Positions 17,215-27,029 of a stretch of DNA of 64,000 nt are shown here, in pieces. The notes below the pieces were generated by a model that did not search any database, was not told where the DNA came from, and saw only the letters and a list, made by a program, of their open reading frames with translations. Position numbers and translations under genes: made by a program. Position 1 is the first letter of the stretch; each line of letters opens with the position of its first letter. Origin of the DNA: an uncultured virus (IMG/VR IMGVR_UViG_3300029922_000037) (taxonomy: Duplodnaviria; Heunggongvirae; Uroviricota; Caudoviricetes); the IMG/VR virus record IMGVR_UViG_3300029922_000037, one strand, 5' to 3'.

Positions 17215-17579
17215 CGCTGTACCCGGATCGGGATTCCTTTCAGTTGGTGTTCGTACATGGCGCAGAGGGGATCGCTTTTAGCTTCATACACTCGACAAGT
17301 TTCTGGCCGGTTCTCGTAATCTGTGCAGCGGCCGTCGGCGCCAAGCCGTTCGCAATCGAATTGCACTAAAGTTTTACCTTCTGGCGGATATGAAGACAAT
17401 TGTTCGACAAGTGGGCGGACTGGTTTGAAATAATACAGTCCATACAATTCCATGAAGTTTTCAGCTTCAATTTTCCAGTTATCGATATTGAAATGCTTAC
17501 CTCCAATTGTGAATCCGCTGCAGCACGCGCCAGGGTGGGTGCATGTGTCACAGGTACTCATGCCGGTATCCATTCCCAT
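17211..17579 (-). CDS. YkgJ-like cysteine-cluster protein
   Basis: CDTC..PGACC...C..L..DGRCTDYENRPETCR. Confidence 0.8.
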   Translation of the reverse strand: MGMDTGMSTCDTCTHPGACCSGFTIGGKHFNIDNWKIEAENFMELYGLYYFKPVRPLVEQLSSYPPEGKTLVQFDCERLGADGRCTDYENRPETCRVYEAKSDPLCAMYEHQLKGIPIRVQR

Positions 17580-17721
17580 TGAGGTTGCCCAAGCCGCATG
17601 ATGACCTTGCCGTCGGGACCGCAGAGTGGGCGTTTGCGATGCAGGACACCGCGCACCAGCATCGTGTTTGGCGTGAGTTTGCGCGCACGCGGCCCAGTGT
17701 GCGGCGGCGGGTGTTTGGCGT

Positions 17722-17925
17722 TTATGTCATCCATTGATCTGGAAACCTTATCGTAAATGGTTGTTCTGGTTCAAAATTAATGCACCATGTTGGTCTAGCT
17801 TCAGAAATGCTTATATCACGCAACATCGCGCCGGAAATCAAGAATTCTTCTATTTGCTTCTCAATCAGCATTGCATGCTCAAGCAAAGCGGATTCATACT
17901 GTCTCCAGATGGTGCCTGATATCAT
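17722..17925 (-). CDS. hypothetical protein
   Basis: Coupled ORF in the operon. Confidence 0.45.
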   Translation of the reverse strand: MISGTIWRQYESALLEHAMLIEKQIEEFLISGAMLRDISISEARPTWCINFEPEQPFTIRFPDQWMT

Positions 17926-18167
17926 ACCTGCACATCATCATCATAAAACCCGCGCACGACATTGCGAGGCACGAATCGCGCCGTGGCGATCTCGGCCGCA
18001 CGTTCGCGCATAGCGGCTTCGCGCTGCAACTCATCGGCCGCCGATTCTGCCTGCGCTTTGGTGTCGCAGTCGACCAGCGGTACAAAAATTCGCGTGCCAG
18101 GACGCACGTAGCCGGCGTAATAGCCGCCTTTTTTGTGACCTGGGCCGATAGCGATGAAGTCGAGCAC
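17922..18167 (-). CDS. hypothetical protein
   Basis: GTG start just after the upstream stop. Confidence 0.5.
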   Translation of the reverse strand: MLDFIAIGPGHKKGGYYAGYVRPGTRIFVPLVDCDTKAQAESAADELQREAAMRERAAEIATARFVPRNVVRGFYDDDVQV

Positions 18168-18169
18168 GG

Positions 18170-18481
18170 TTATTCCAACTCGGCGATGGTGCAAGAAATC
18201 GGTTCGTCGTCGCCATTTTCCAGCATGCATGTTCCGGCATCCTGGTCGACCGTCAGCACCTTGTGCGCGCGCTGATCACCAGGCCAGATCACCTCGGCGC
18301 CGGCTTGCAATTCCGCTCTCCAATTCGGGTTACCACGCATAATCGTTCCTTTCGGTACATCGTTGTAATATCGCCATGGCCGACACCGTAGTGTCACCCA
18401 GCCGGCGCGGCCGACCAGGACGCCTTCGAGATATTCCTCACGGTGGCCGGTGCGCTGGTTGTCGTAGATGCCGTTGAGCAT
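18170..18481 (-). CDS. hypothetical protein
   Basis: Start MLNGIY; operon packing. Confidence 0.5.
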   Translation of the reverse strand: MLNGIYDNQRTGHREEYLEGVLVGRAGWVTLRCRPWRYYNDVPKGTIMRGNPNWRAELQAGAEVIWPGDQRAHKVLTVDQDAGTCMLENGDDEPISCTIAELE

Positions 18482-18635
18482 GGCTATTTGCTGGAGAAAT
18501 CGTACGGGTCGATTTCGTCTTTGTCGAGATACTTGGCGCGCTTGATAGCCAGTCGCCAAATGATCTCGCTGCAAAAATATCCGGCCAAAAATGCGATCGC
18601 TCCATACGCCATGAAGATCAGTTTCCCGCTGTCCA

Positions 18636-19094
18636 TCAATGCACCTTTTCCTTGCCGAATGTGACCTTGATGAAATCCGCCATGCCCCAGGCAGTGCGAC
18701 CGATGTCGTTCATGCTGGTGCGCTTGGCGTCGTGCATTTCGTACAACGCCGCCAAGTAAGTTTGCGGCGTGCCGGTGCGCTTGAGCAATTCCTCGGCGGC
18801 GCGCCGGTTATCAGCGCCACCGATCATGACCGACGCCAAGCAGCAGCACAATTCATCGGTGCATTCTTGGGATGCGTAGTTGCACGATTGCTCGAAGGTC
18901 CGACCAAACTGCTTCATGAACCAGTCGTCTTGTCCGCCAAACATGAACATTGGAACATTTCCGGATTTATCACCGCTGAGTTCTGCGAGAGCATACTTGC
19001 CTTCGCCGAGGATGCAGCATGCCACTGCAGCGATTTCCAGGCTGTTCGCCTCGATGGTGTAGGGGTCGGATGGGTTGATGATTTCGAATAGCAT
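18636..19094 (-). CDS. hypothetical phage protein
   Basis: GAGG RBS; MLFEIINPSDPYT...RTSMNDIG. Confidence 0.75.
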   Translation of the reverse strand: MLFEIINPSDPYTIEANSLEIAAVACCILGEGKYALAELSGDKSGNVPMFMFGGQDDWFMKQFGRTFEQSCNYASQECTDELCCCLASVMIGGADNRRAAEELLKRTGTPQTYLAALYEMHDAKRTSMNDIGRTAWGMADFIKVTFGKEKVH

Positions 19095-19375
19095 TATAGT
19101 TCCTCAGAAAGATGCACTAAAACAAACTTTTTCTTGCCGGCCGCCAGCGGCGCGCCATCGGTATTGCGGGTGATGTGCCAGCCGTTGCAATGGCGGCATT
19201 GATATGCGCCCATGGATAACAGTCCTTTTGCATTTTGCATGAATGCCCGGGCGCCGCGAATTGCCGGACCCTTGTCCGCATAGCGCACCTTTCTCTTGCA
19301 CACTCTTTGCACTGCCAACGAAAAATCAGCAGGAACATTGTGCGAAAACTTGGCATCCCTACTTTTACGCTTCAT
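19094..19375 (-). CDS. small zinc-binding protein
   Basis: GGAGG RBS; C.RKVRY...AYQCRHCNGWHIT. Confidence 0.75.
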   Translation of the reverse strand: MKRKSRDAKFSHNVPADFSLAVQRVCKRKVRYADKGPAIRGARAFMQNAKGLLSMGAYQCRHCNGWHITRNTDGAPLAAGKKKFVLVHLSEEL

Positions 19376-19400
19376 CGATACACCTCCATAGGTATTAATC

Positions 19401-19429
19401 AATTTTAATCAATCAATCAAATAAAAGCA
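19401..19429 (-). promoter_or_regulatory. sigma70-like promoter of the leftward accessory operon
   Basis: TTGCTT-N17-TAAAAT. Confidence 0.6.
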
Positions 19430-19447
19430 ACATAAAAATGAGGTCGT

Positions 19448-19461
19448 CGTGACTTGATACT
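19448..19461 (+). promoter_or_regulatory. CGTGAY-N3-A-N3-T promoter motif (portal)
   Basis: gtcgtCGTGACttgAtacT, 6 nt before ATG 19468. Confidence 0.7.
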
Positions 19462-19467
19462 AGCACC

Positions 19468-21273
19468 ATGACCGACAATGCCAGAAAACTGCTGTCCGAC
19501 TCGCGTGCGCCGGCGGACGAACAATTCGCCGCGATGGCAGAATTGCAAAAAACGCTTATGCCTACGCGTTCCGATCTGATACCTGCTGGCAATATCGCGC
19601 CTATTATCGACTGGATGCGTGAGAATTATGCAGAACAGGAGATGAATAAGGCGCTGACCCGCAACAATGTCATTCACTTCCCCAGCATGGCGGCCCGCAA
19701 TCGGCAACCTGGTATGCAGTCGGTCGATCTCGATGATAACCAAGTCGGCGTCTGGGGGGACTATTATGAACGCCCGGGCGCGTTCGGATTTGATTCGATG
19801 CGGATGATGGTCGAGCAAACGCCAGTCTTGTCGGCAGTCATCTGGACGCGGATTCGCCAAGTTCAGCGCTTTGCGCGGGCGCAGGAAAACGGTAAGGGCC
19901 CAGGCTTCGAAATCCGAATGCGTGATCGCGATGCCTTTGTCGGCAAACCAGAAAAGGAGAGCATCACCGCGCTCCAGACGTTTTTCACCAACTGCGGATG
20001 GGAAACAAACCCGCGCGCGCGGGCACGGCTCAAGCGCGACGACTTCACTAGCTTTCTGACCAAGCAAGTGCGCGACAGCTTGACTATGGACTCGGCACCG
20101 ATCGAGACTGAATTCAAGCGCAATCGCTCGCAGGGCATGGATGGCATCTATGCCGTCGATGGCGCCACGATCCGGCTCTGCACCGAGGTTGGTTACCAAG
20201 GCGACGACGAGATCCGGGCCCTGCAGGTGGTGCAGGGGCAAATCCGATCCGCTTACACATTCGATGACCTCATCTACGTTCCGCGCAATCCCCGCGCAGA
20301 CGTAATCGTGGGCGGATACGGCCAATCCGAGACGGAATTGCTTGTCAAGACGGTCACGAACCTGCTGAACGCCATGACGTACAATGGCAAGTTCTTCGAC
20401 AGCAACGCCATCCCGAAGGGGCTGCTGCACCTCACCGGCGACTACGATGCCAATGACCTCGCCGCCTTCAAGCGCATGTGGTCGGCAATGACAAAGGGTA
20501 TCGCCAACGCCTGGACGATGCCGGTCCTGGTATCCAAGGACCAAGAGAGCAAGGCCGCATTCGAGAACTTCGGCCAAGAAGTCAACGAGATGATGTTCAG
20601 CAAGTGGATGGTCTTCTTGACGTCGATCATTTGCGCTGTCTACGGGATCTCGCCGGAAGAGATCAACTTCGAGAGCTTCAGCTCGAAGACATCAAGTCTC
20701 GGCGGCAACAACGACACCGAAGACAAGATCATCTCGTCGAAGGACAAGGGCTTGTTGCCGTTGCTGCACTATTTCGAGAATGTCTACAGCGATTTCATCG
20801 TTGCCGAGTTCAGCGACAAGTATTGCTTCCGCTTCACTGGCCTCGACGACGAGGACGAAAAGCAGGGGTTCGAGGAAGAAAAGCTTGTCTTGACCGTCAA
20901 CGAGATGCGCGCCAAACGCGGATATGAAAAAATAGAAGCTGCTTGGGGCGATGCGCCATTGAACCCGTCGCTTATCGGACCCTGGCAGGCTGAGCAACAA
21001 CAGGGCCAGCAGGATTTCGGGCAACCGCAGGGGGAGATGGCGGAGCCAGCCGATGAAAATGCTGACGATGACGGGCAACCACTGGGTGCCGCTTCCGGTA
21101 GTGCTGCACCGGCGCCGGCCGGCAATGACTTCGGTGGCGACAAGGACAGTGGCGACTTCGGCGCACCGGCACATGGCACGGACAAGCCGCTCCCAGCTGC
21201 GTCTGGTGACGAATACGAACCAAACCCGATGACCAAGTCGTTCGGACTCCCAATTTTTACGATCGAGGCTTGA
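19468..21273 (+). CDS. portal protein
   Basis: AVDGATIR, YVPRNPR....GGYG.SETE, NAIPKGLL, ICAVYGISPEEINF, LTVNEMRA; acidic tail. Confidence 0.9.
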   Translation: MTDNARKLLSDSRAPADEQFAAMAELQKTLMPTRSDLIPAGNIAPIIDWMRENYAEQEMNKALTRNNVIHFPSMAARNRQPGMQSVDLDDNQVGVWGDYYERPGAFGFDSMRMMVEQTPVLSAVIWTRIRQVQRFARAQENGKGPGFEIRMRDRDAFVGKPEKESITALQTFFTNCGWETNPRARARLKRDDFTSFLTKQVRDSLTMDSAPIETEFKRNRSQGMDGIYAVDGATIRLCTEVGYQGDDEIRALQVVQGQIRSAYTFDDLIYVPRNPRADVIVGGYGQSETELLVKTVTNLLNAMTYNGKFFDSNAIPKGLLHLTGDYDANDLAAFKRMWSAMTKGIANAWTMPVLVSKDQESKAAFENFGQEVNEMMFSKWMVFLTSIICAVYGISPEEINFESFSSKTSSLGGNNDTEDKIISSKDKGLLPLLHYFENVYSDFIVAEFSDKYCFRFTGLDDEDEKQGFEEEKLVLTVNEMRAKRGYEKIEAAWGDAPLNPSLIGPWQAEQQQGQQDFGQPQGEMAEPADENADDDGQPLGAASGSAAPAPAGNDFGGDKDSGDFGAPAHGTDKPLPAASGDEYEPNPMTKSFGLPIFTIEA

Positions 21274-21274
21274 T

Positions 21275-21577
21275 ATGCAAGAGACAGTTCAAGACATTCA
21301 AACCAAAGCATCTATTCAAGTACAAGGTATAGCCGGCAGTGTCCGCGTAACCGAGTGCGCGATGTCGGCTATCGCAGTTACCCCCAGCAACGCCACTACG
21401 CTCCCTGTAGGATGTCAGGGCTTATGGGTCGGCGGTGCCGGCGCGGTAGCGGTGACATTTTATGCAGGGTCTAGCGTTGTATTCTCAGCAGTCCCAGCCG
21501 GTACGCTATTGAAAATCTCGCCGTCTCAGGTTCTTTCAACTGGTACGACGGCCACGCTGATTCTAGCGCTGTACTAA
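21275..21577 (+). CDS. head spike base-like protein (RcGTA Rcc01079-like)
   Basis: AVTPS...GLWVGGAG...VPAGTLL.I....V.STGTTAT.I.ALY. Confidence 0.7.
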   Translation: MQETVQDIQTKASIQVQGIAGSVRVTECAMSAIAVTPSNATTLPVGCQGLWVGGAGAVAVTFYAGSSVVFSAVPAGTLLKISPSQVLSTGTTATLILALY

Positions 21578-23148
21578 TGGGCCGAGTTGCTGTCAAAGGT
21601 AATGCCACCGATTTCGCCGCCGGCACCGAGATCGGCGACGAAATCTATTTCCAACACGCAAGCGGACCAGCGTGCGGTCAAGTGCGCTCGATCGGGTGCC
21701 ATGGCGTGACTGTGCACCACGAAAACAAGCCGCACCAGGTCAAGTGGGAGCATGTGCTCGGGCATAAGAAGCGCGCGCCGGTGAAATACACTGTCATCGA
21801 CGAGGGCGAGGACGGTGCCATCGTTGGCAATGCCGCCGGCAAGAAGAAATTCCTTCGCATCGATCCCAGCGCCAGGTTAGGAGATATGGTTTTGGACAAG
21901 TCGCTTCGAGGTAACCGCATGATACTGTTCGCCAAGGCCAATGGCGCGCCACCTGGCCCTGGTCTGTCGCGCAAACAGATAACAGACAAAAACGGGGTCC
22001 AGGTCAACAAATGGGTGCGGACCAATCCCGATCAGGCCAAACCGCGCGAGCGTGCGCATGCCGATTCCGCGCCGTCGCATGTCGGGTTCAATCACGGTGA
22101 ATTCAAGGGTCACGGTAAGGTAATCGCCAGTGGTGCCGATGGCCACACCGTCCAGGATGGTGCCGGCGCCACGCATAGGATACCGCATGCCAGCGTGACG
22201 CACCAATGGTATGGCGACGACAAACCGGACGCGTCGCCGCATGACGATGACGAAACCATTCATCCCGACAAGTTCAGTGCGGCCGACTTCGCCAAACAGC
22301 ACGATGACCCGAACGCCTCGGCGGAAAGCATCATGGCCGCGCATCCGCCAGAAGTACGCGAACGCGCCGCCAAGACGGTAGAAAAGCTTGGGACTGTCAA
22401 GCCGACCGATCAAGAGCACTCGCAGGATGGCGTCTGGAACCCGGAACGTGCGGCCATGCACCGCAAGATCATATTCGATGGCGTCGAGGTGAAGGGCAAG
22501 AAGGTGCCTGGTCTGCTTTCGAATGAACGCGTCAAGGCGGCCACGCCGGCGCCTGGTCAGAAGCCAACCTTCATCGCGCTCGGTGGCCGTGGCGGATCCG
22601 GAAAGTCCACGCTGAACGGCAAGGTCTATCAGGAAGAAAACGCGATCGTACTCGATGCCGATCACATCAAGGGCATGTTGCCGGAATATGCGGGTTGGAA
22701 CGCGCACCAAGTCCATGAAGAGTCTGGGCATATTCTTGATACCGTGCTGGCGATGGCCAAGATCCTGGGTGTCAACGTGGTACTTGATGCCACGATGAAA
22801 ACCGGCAAGACGCTGGAAGACAAGATCAACTCGTTCAAAGACGCCGGATTCCGCACGGAAGCGCATTACATGCATCTGCCACGGCAAGAGGCGGCCAAGC
22901 GCGCCATGTCGCGGTTCGCTGGCGGTGGCGAAACCGGCCGGTACGTGCCGCCAGAGGTGGTGCTTGGCAACACCGAGAACGAAGCCAATTTCGACAAGAT
23001 CAAGAACAATGTCGACGCGTGGTCATTCCATGATAACAACCGCAGCAAGGAAGAAGGGCCAAAACTGATTAGCGGCAAGGGAACGCCCGCACTTGTACCA
23101 AAAAAGATCATGACAAAGGCTATGATTCGGCCTATACTGTTCTTGTAG
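21577..23148 (+). CDS. multidomain protein with a C-terminal zeta-toxin-like P-loop kinase
   Basis: LGGRGGSGKST, VLDADHIKGMLP, VHEES, NVVLDAT, GRYVP. Confidence 0.85.
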   Translation: MGRVAVKGNATDFAAGTEIGDEIYFQHASGPACGQVRSIGCHGVTVHHENKPHQVKWEHVLGHKKRAPVKYTVIDEGEDGAIVGNAAGKKKFLRIDPSARLGDMVLDKSLRGNRMILFAKANGAPPGPGLSRKQITDKNGVQVNKWVRTNPDQAKPRERAHADSAPSHVGFNHGEFKGHGKVIASGADGHTVQDGAGATHRIPHASVTHQWYGDDKPDASPHDDDETIHPDKFSAADFAKQHDDPNASAESIMAAHPPEVRERAAKTVEKLGTVKPTDQEHSQDGVWNPERAAMHRKIIFDGVEVKGKKVPGLLSNERVKAATPAPGQKPTFIALGGRGGSGKSTLNGKVYQEENAIVLDADHIKGMLPEYAGWNAHQVHEESGHILDTVLAMAKILGVNVVLDATMKTGKTLEDKINSFKDAGFRTEAHYMHLPRQEAAKRAMSRFAGGGETGRYVPPEVVLGNTENEANFDKIKNNVDAWSFHDNNRSKEEGPKLISGKGTPALVPKKIMTKAMIRPILFL

Positions 23149-23160
23149 GAGGTGAATATC

Positions 23161-23337
23161 ATGGCTGAAGAAAAGAAAATCCAAGGAATACCACATAGCC
23201 ACTTTGATGGCTATGACGGCGGCACCGAGCCGCCTGCCGAATTCATGGCTGAGTTGCTGAAGGGCGCTCCTGCCGCCGTCCAAGCGCGCGCCGCCGAATT
23301 CGCCAAGGAACAGGCTGCTGCAAAAAAAGTTGAATAA
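23161..23337 (+). CDS. small hypothetical protein downstream of the zeta-like gene
   Basis: Strong AGGAGGT RBS. Confidence 0.65.
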   Translation: MAEEKKIQGIPHSHFDGYDGGTEPPAEFMAELLKGAPAAVQARAAEFAKEQAAAKKVE

Positions 23338-23383
23338 ATGCTTGACAAGCATTGTTCAAATTTGATGTAATACGCCTGTTCGT

Positions 23384-23397
23384 CGTGAAGGTAAAAT
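23384..23397 (+). promoter_or_regulatory. variant of the CGTGAY promoter motif
   Basis: tcgtCGTGAAggtAaaaT upstream of the Ig-like gene and tRNA island. Confidence 0.5.
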
Positions 23398-23468
23398 TTA
23401 TGTTCGATCTCTTCCATCGCCATAGGCATGAGGCCCGGCGGTTAACTATCATAAAGGTTGAAAAAGTC

Positions 23469-23810
23469 ATGCAAATCAATTTCCAAGTCGGTGGCGTGCT
23501 CACCGAAACCGTTCTTGCCGTTTTCAAAGATGCTGCTGGCAATGTCACTTCCGCGCACGGCGCTGTCGTTTTCACTTCGTCCGATGACACCATTGCGACT
23601 GTCGTCGAAGGCGGCGATGGCGTTTCCGCTGTCGTTACCGGCACCGGCAAGGTCGGCACTGCGACGATCACAGCAACCGATTCCGCCGACAACGCCAGCG
23701 ATATCGCTACCGTTACCACTGTCGCCGGCGAAGCCGTATCGCTGGCGTTGGAAGAAGCACCGGTTGCTGCGCCTGCTGCGGCCCCGGCACCAACCGCTCC
23801 GGCAGCGTAA
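23469..23810 (+). CDS. Ig-like (Big_2-type) virion protein; start uncertain
   Basis: VVFTSSDDTIATV...VTGTGKVGTATITAT. Confidence 0.75.
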   Translation: MQINFQVGGVLTETVLAVFKDAAGNVTSAHGAVVFTSSDDTIATVVEGGDGVSAVVTGTGKVGTATITATDSADNASDIATVTTVAGEAVSLALEEAPVAAPAAAPAPTAPAA

Positions 23811-23903
23811 TCGTTACCCAGCCAAGGATGTAAAGACTTGGCACGCTGTCTCTTTCGAGACAGCACACGAATTGGCACCAATTACTGAAGTTCCAATTCG
23901 TGT

Positions 23904-23978
23904 GTCGGGATAGAGCAGCGGTAGCTCGTCAGTCTCATAAACTGAAGGTCGGTGGTTCGATTCCATCTCCCGCAACCA
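23904..23978 (+). tRNA. tRNA with CAT anticodon (Met/Ile2), imperfect acceptor stem
   Basis: D arm GAGCagcggtaGCTC, anticodon arm TCAGT-ctCATaa-ACTGA, GGTTCGATTCC, encoded CCA. Confidence 0.8.
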
Positions 23979-24186
23979 GAAACACCGTGAGAGCGCAAAG
24001 TGGTAACCCTGTACAGGGGAATAGCCGAGTCGTTGACTGCATTCACTGATGCTCGGCCACGATTAGAAGAGAATTGATGCCGCATCGGAGAATGCATGCG
24101 ATGGTGCCAAGCAGTCAATTCAGACCAACGCATTGGTACGATTACAATTGCGGTTGGCAGGAGGTGAAAGTCCTCCACCAGTTTCA

Positions 24187-24270
24187 GGATGCGTGGCCGA
24201 GTGGTTGATGGCACCTGCCTGTAGAGCAGGTCTTAACAGCGCGTTGGTTCGAATCCAGCCGCATCCACCA
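24187..24270 (+). tRNA. tRNA-Tyr(GTA)
   Basis: GGATGCG/CGCATCC acceptor, CCTGC-ctGTAga-GCAGG, long variable arm, GGTTCGAATCC, ACCA. Confidence 0.92.
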
Positions 24271-24275
24271 GATTT

Positions 24276-24346
24276 GCCCTTGATTGGATTGGGGCCGGGA
24301 ACCAAGGACCGGCATCAGAGAGGTTCGATTCCTCTTAGTGGCACCA
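24276..24346 (+). pseudogene. degenerate tRNA-like element
   Basis: Perfect T arm AGAGG-TTCGATT-CCTCT and GGCACCA end; 10-nt loop at the anticodon position; no clear D arm. Confidence 0.55.
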
Positions 24347-24349
24347 GAA

Positions 24350-24797
24350 TCCTAAGTTGGCAATAAGTGGCGTGAGCGAAAGCGACGTATCCACGTAAGC
24401 CAAGGGCGGATGAGAGCAGTGGAGCCTACGGCCACAAAAAACAAGACGGCGGTGGAAGTCCGCGCTGGAGACGTAACCAGCAAGAATATAGCCCATTGCC
24501 GGCTGCTTGACGGATTTGAGGCCGTTTCAACGTGGCTTGACGTTGGAGAATCAGAAGCCTGGCACGGTATGGCTTCCTCAAAACGTGAGTGTCGGCGGTC
24601 CAGAGACCTGGCCGGTAAGCCTGAGACGGGTACACATAGTCCACATCCGGGCACCCTTCGCGGTGCCCGGCGTCGTTACAGTACGCTGAAGCAATCCGAA
24701 AGGTCGCCGTCAGCGGGTAGTGGGCTTAAACCACCGCAGCGAGGTTGCGCCATGCCGGGTGCATAGTGGTGTGCGAAAGTCTCCCCCGGCAGGGGCG
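24350..24797 (+). ncRNA. candidate large structured non-coding RNA
   Basis: No convincing CDS; many hairpins (GC-GAAA-GC, CC-GAAA-GG, CCGGGCACC-cttcgc-GGTGCCCGG); adjacent to tRNAs. Confidence 0.5.
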
Positions 24798-24801
24798 CGT
24801 G

Positions 24802-24815
24802 CGTGATTGTAGGAT
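24802..24815 (+). promoter_or_regulatory. CGTGAY-N3-A-N3-T promoter motif
   Basis: CGTGATtgtAggaT, 6 nt before ATG 24822. Confidence 0.6.
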
Positions 24816-24821
24816 AGTCCA

Positions 24822-27029
24822 ATGGAAAAACCACTTCTCATCGATGTCGGCGCCTGCTGCGAAGACCATACCAATTCCGCGCTGGAGCACTTGCACAAGG
24901 CCATTGGTGAGGGCGATCCCGATCTGATATGGGCGGTTCACCATTCTCCGTTCCTGGCGCGCATGATCGAACTCTTTACCGAGCGCGGCTTGATGCGGCT
25001 CGACGGCTTCAAAAACGAACTCATGCAATGGCTCGCCGGCGAGCGCCATGTCGGCCAGCACCGCACTGTCGTGCCGGCTGGCATGCACGAGCGCTGGACC
25101 GATAGCGAAATGAAGTTGGTCAAGCTCTACCTGGAGTCGCTGGCACCGGGTACGTTCACGCTCGATGACTACATGCTGTGCGTGGACATGCTGTGCAACA
25201 AGTACCTGGCGCCGGATGCGCTGCGCACCGAAGCCGAGTGGCTGGCTACCAGGTCCGTGCTCATGGGCCGTGTCCAGGCGAGCATGGCGACGGTATCGGC
25301 CAAGCAGGTTGATGTGTTACTCGAAAAACTCCCTGCCACCGTCGCCGCTGCCGCCGCAGAATTCCCGTTCACTCCCGTCCAGCGCGCCGTCATCGACTAC
25401 GCGCGCGTGCGCGGCTGCGAAAACGTGGTTGAACTCGCGGCGTCGACCCGCAAGACCATGCGCGCCATCATCCAACTCAAGATGGCTGCCGATGCCTTGG
25501 GTAATCCGGCTCCGATGAACAACTTGCAGACGGCTTTGTTTGATGCGTTCGGGGAGTTGAATCGGGATTGGCGGCGGATAGCGTTGACGGAAGCGGTCGA
25601 GAACTCCAACCAGGGCTACGTGGCATCAATGCCGGAAGGCAAGAAGTTGCGACGCCTTGAGCAATACCATGGCGCTTGCCCATGGTGCAGGCGCATCGAT
25701 GGCATGGTGCTGGAGGTTGTCGCGCCGGGTGCTGTCGATAAGAATGGCGATACCCAGGTATGGGTCGGCAAGACCAATCTCGGGCGCTCGGCCGCGCCGC
25801 GCCGGCGCCAAGGCGGGATATTGGTCGAGAGGCAACCGGAAGAGATGTACCATGTGGCCGCTGGCGCGCAGCATCCCAATTGTTTCATCAGCAGAAATGT
25901 TAATATTTATACTGTCGATGGTTGGAAAAAGATTGGCGATATTTCTATTGGTGATCTAGTTCTCACACACAAAGGTAGATTTCGGAAAGTAACATGGATT
26001 CTATCTGGTGCTCGTCATACTGGTGATGTAATTCAGATTGAAATTTCACAAGATGGTAGAAATCGCATTAAGATTTCTGAAATGACGCCAGAACATCCTG
26101 TTCTAACCGAAAGGGGTTGGGTTAATGCTGGCGATATAGTTATTGGCGATAAAGTGTCTGCATTAGCTAAAATTTGTGAAACTTGCAGAAAACCGTTTGT
26201 TAATGCACATCACCCGCATATAAAATCATGCTCAAGCCAATGTGCTGTTCATCTTGGAATAAACCAATTTTCAACTGGTGATCCAATAGCATATGCCGCT
26301 GCCATAAAACAAACTGCTGATTCTAATCGTATTCGTATGCGTGGCATGACGGTCGAACAGAGGCGTGAAATAACTGCAAGCGCACGTATTGCTTCAAGTG
26401 CCCTTGGTTATTCTTGGTTGAAAACTCCAGAATCAAAACGTAAAGGTGGGCTGACTGCATCAAAGCATAATTACACACCATCCCCAATTGAGGAAGATAT
26501 TGCCGAGATGATTGAGTGTCTAGGAATATCGGTTGATCTTCAGCATCGAGTTGATAGAAATTATCCAGATGCTGCTGGTCGTAAGCGTTATTGGTGGATT
26601 GATATTGCATTGCCGGAACAGAAAATTGCTGTCGAAATAGATGGTGAACCATGGCATGGTAGATTATCTGGCGGCGGTGATAGCAAGCGCGATGATGATC
26701 TAAAATTATCAGGTTGGAATGTAATGCGTTTTGATTCTTTGAATGCAAAAGAATCACCGCATAAGGTGGCTGAATCGATTGCTCGTTTGGCGCTTAACCA
26801 TTCTGGTGAATATACTTTTGGAAGTGCGGATGTATCGTCTATTTCTAGGCGTCATGTGACAAATAAATTGCTTTATAACTTTGGCGTTGAAGAAGATGAA
26901 TCGTACATTATTGGCCGTGGCGTAGTAGTTCATAATTGCCGTGGTTCCTGGCTTGAAGAGGTTGATGATCTACCGGGTGAGGATGCCGAGTTCGGCGCTC
27001 GCATTCGTGAAATTTTGAGGAAGAAATAA
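24822..27029 (+). CDS. MuF-like head morphogenesis protein containing an intein
   Basis: [16 protein letters not shown], and HPN|CRG split by the intein. Confidence 0.85.
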   Translation: MEKPLLIDVGACCEDHTNSALEHLHKAIGEGDPDLIWAVHHSPFLARMIELFTERGLMRLDGFKNELMQWLAGERHVGQHRTVVPAGMHERWTDSEMKLVKLYLESLAPGTFTLDDYMLCVDMLCNKYLAPDALRTEAEWLATRSVLMGRVQASMATVSAKQVDVLLEKLPATVAAAAAEFPFTPVQRAVIDYARVRGCENVVELAASTRKTMRAIIQLKMAADALGNPAPMNNLQTALFDAFGELNRDWRRIALTEAVENSNQGYVASMPEGKKLRRLEQYHGACPWCRRIDGMVLEVVAPGAVDKNGDTQVWVGKTNLGRSAAPRRRQGGILVERQPEEMYHVAAGAQHPNCFISRNVNIYTVDGWKKIGDISIGDLVLTHKGRFRKVTWILSGARHTGDVIQIEISQDGRNRIKISEMTPEHPVLTERGWVNAGDIVIGDKVSALAKICETCRKPFVNAHHPHIKSCSSQCAVHLGINQFSTGDPIAYAAAIKQTADSNRIRMRGMTVEQRREITASARIASSALGYSWLKTPESKRKGGLTASKHNYTPSPIEEDIAEMIECLGISVDLQHRVDRNYPDAAGRKRYWWIDIALPEQKIAVEIDGEPWHGRLSGGGDSKRDDDLKLSGWNVMRFDSLNAKESPHKVAESIARLALNHSGEYTFGSADVSSISRRHVTNKLLYNFGVEEDESYIIGRGVVVHNCRGSWLEEVDDLPGEDAEFGARIREILRKK
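25881..26936 (+). mobile_element. intein (352 aa) with a DUF559/Vsr-like endonuclease
   Basis: [60 protein letters not shown]...[13 protein letters not shown]; lower GC than its flanks. Confidence 0.92.

Noticed and set aside
24133..24766. Short ORFs across the tRNA island
   Set aside because: They overlap tRNAs and hairpins and lack RBS and protein motifs.
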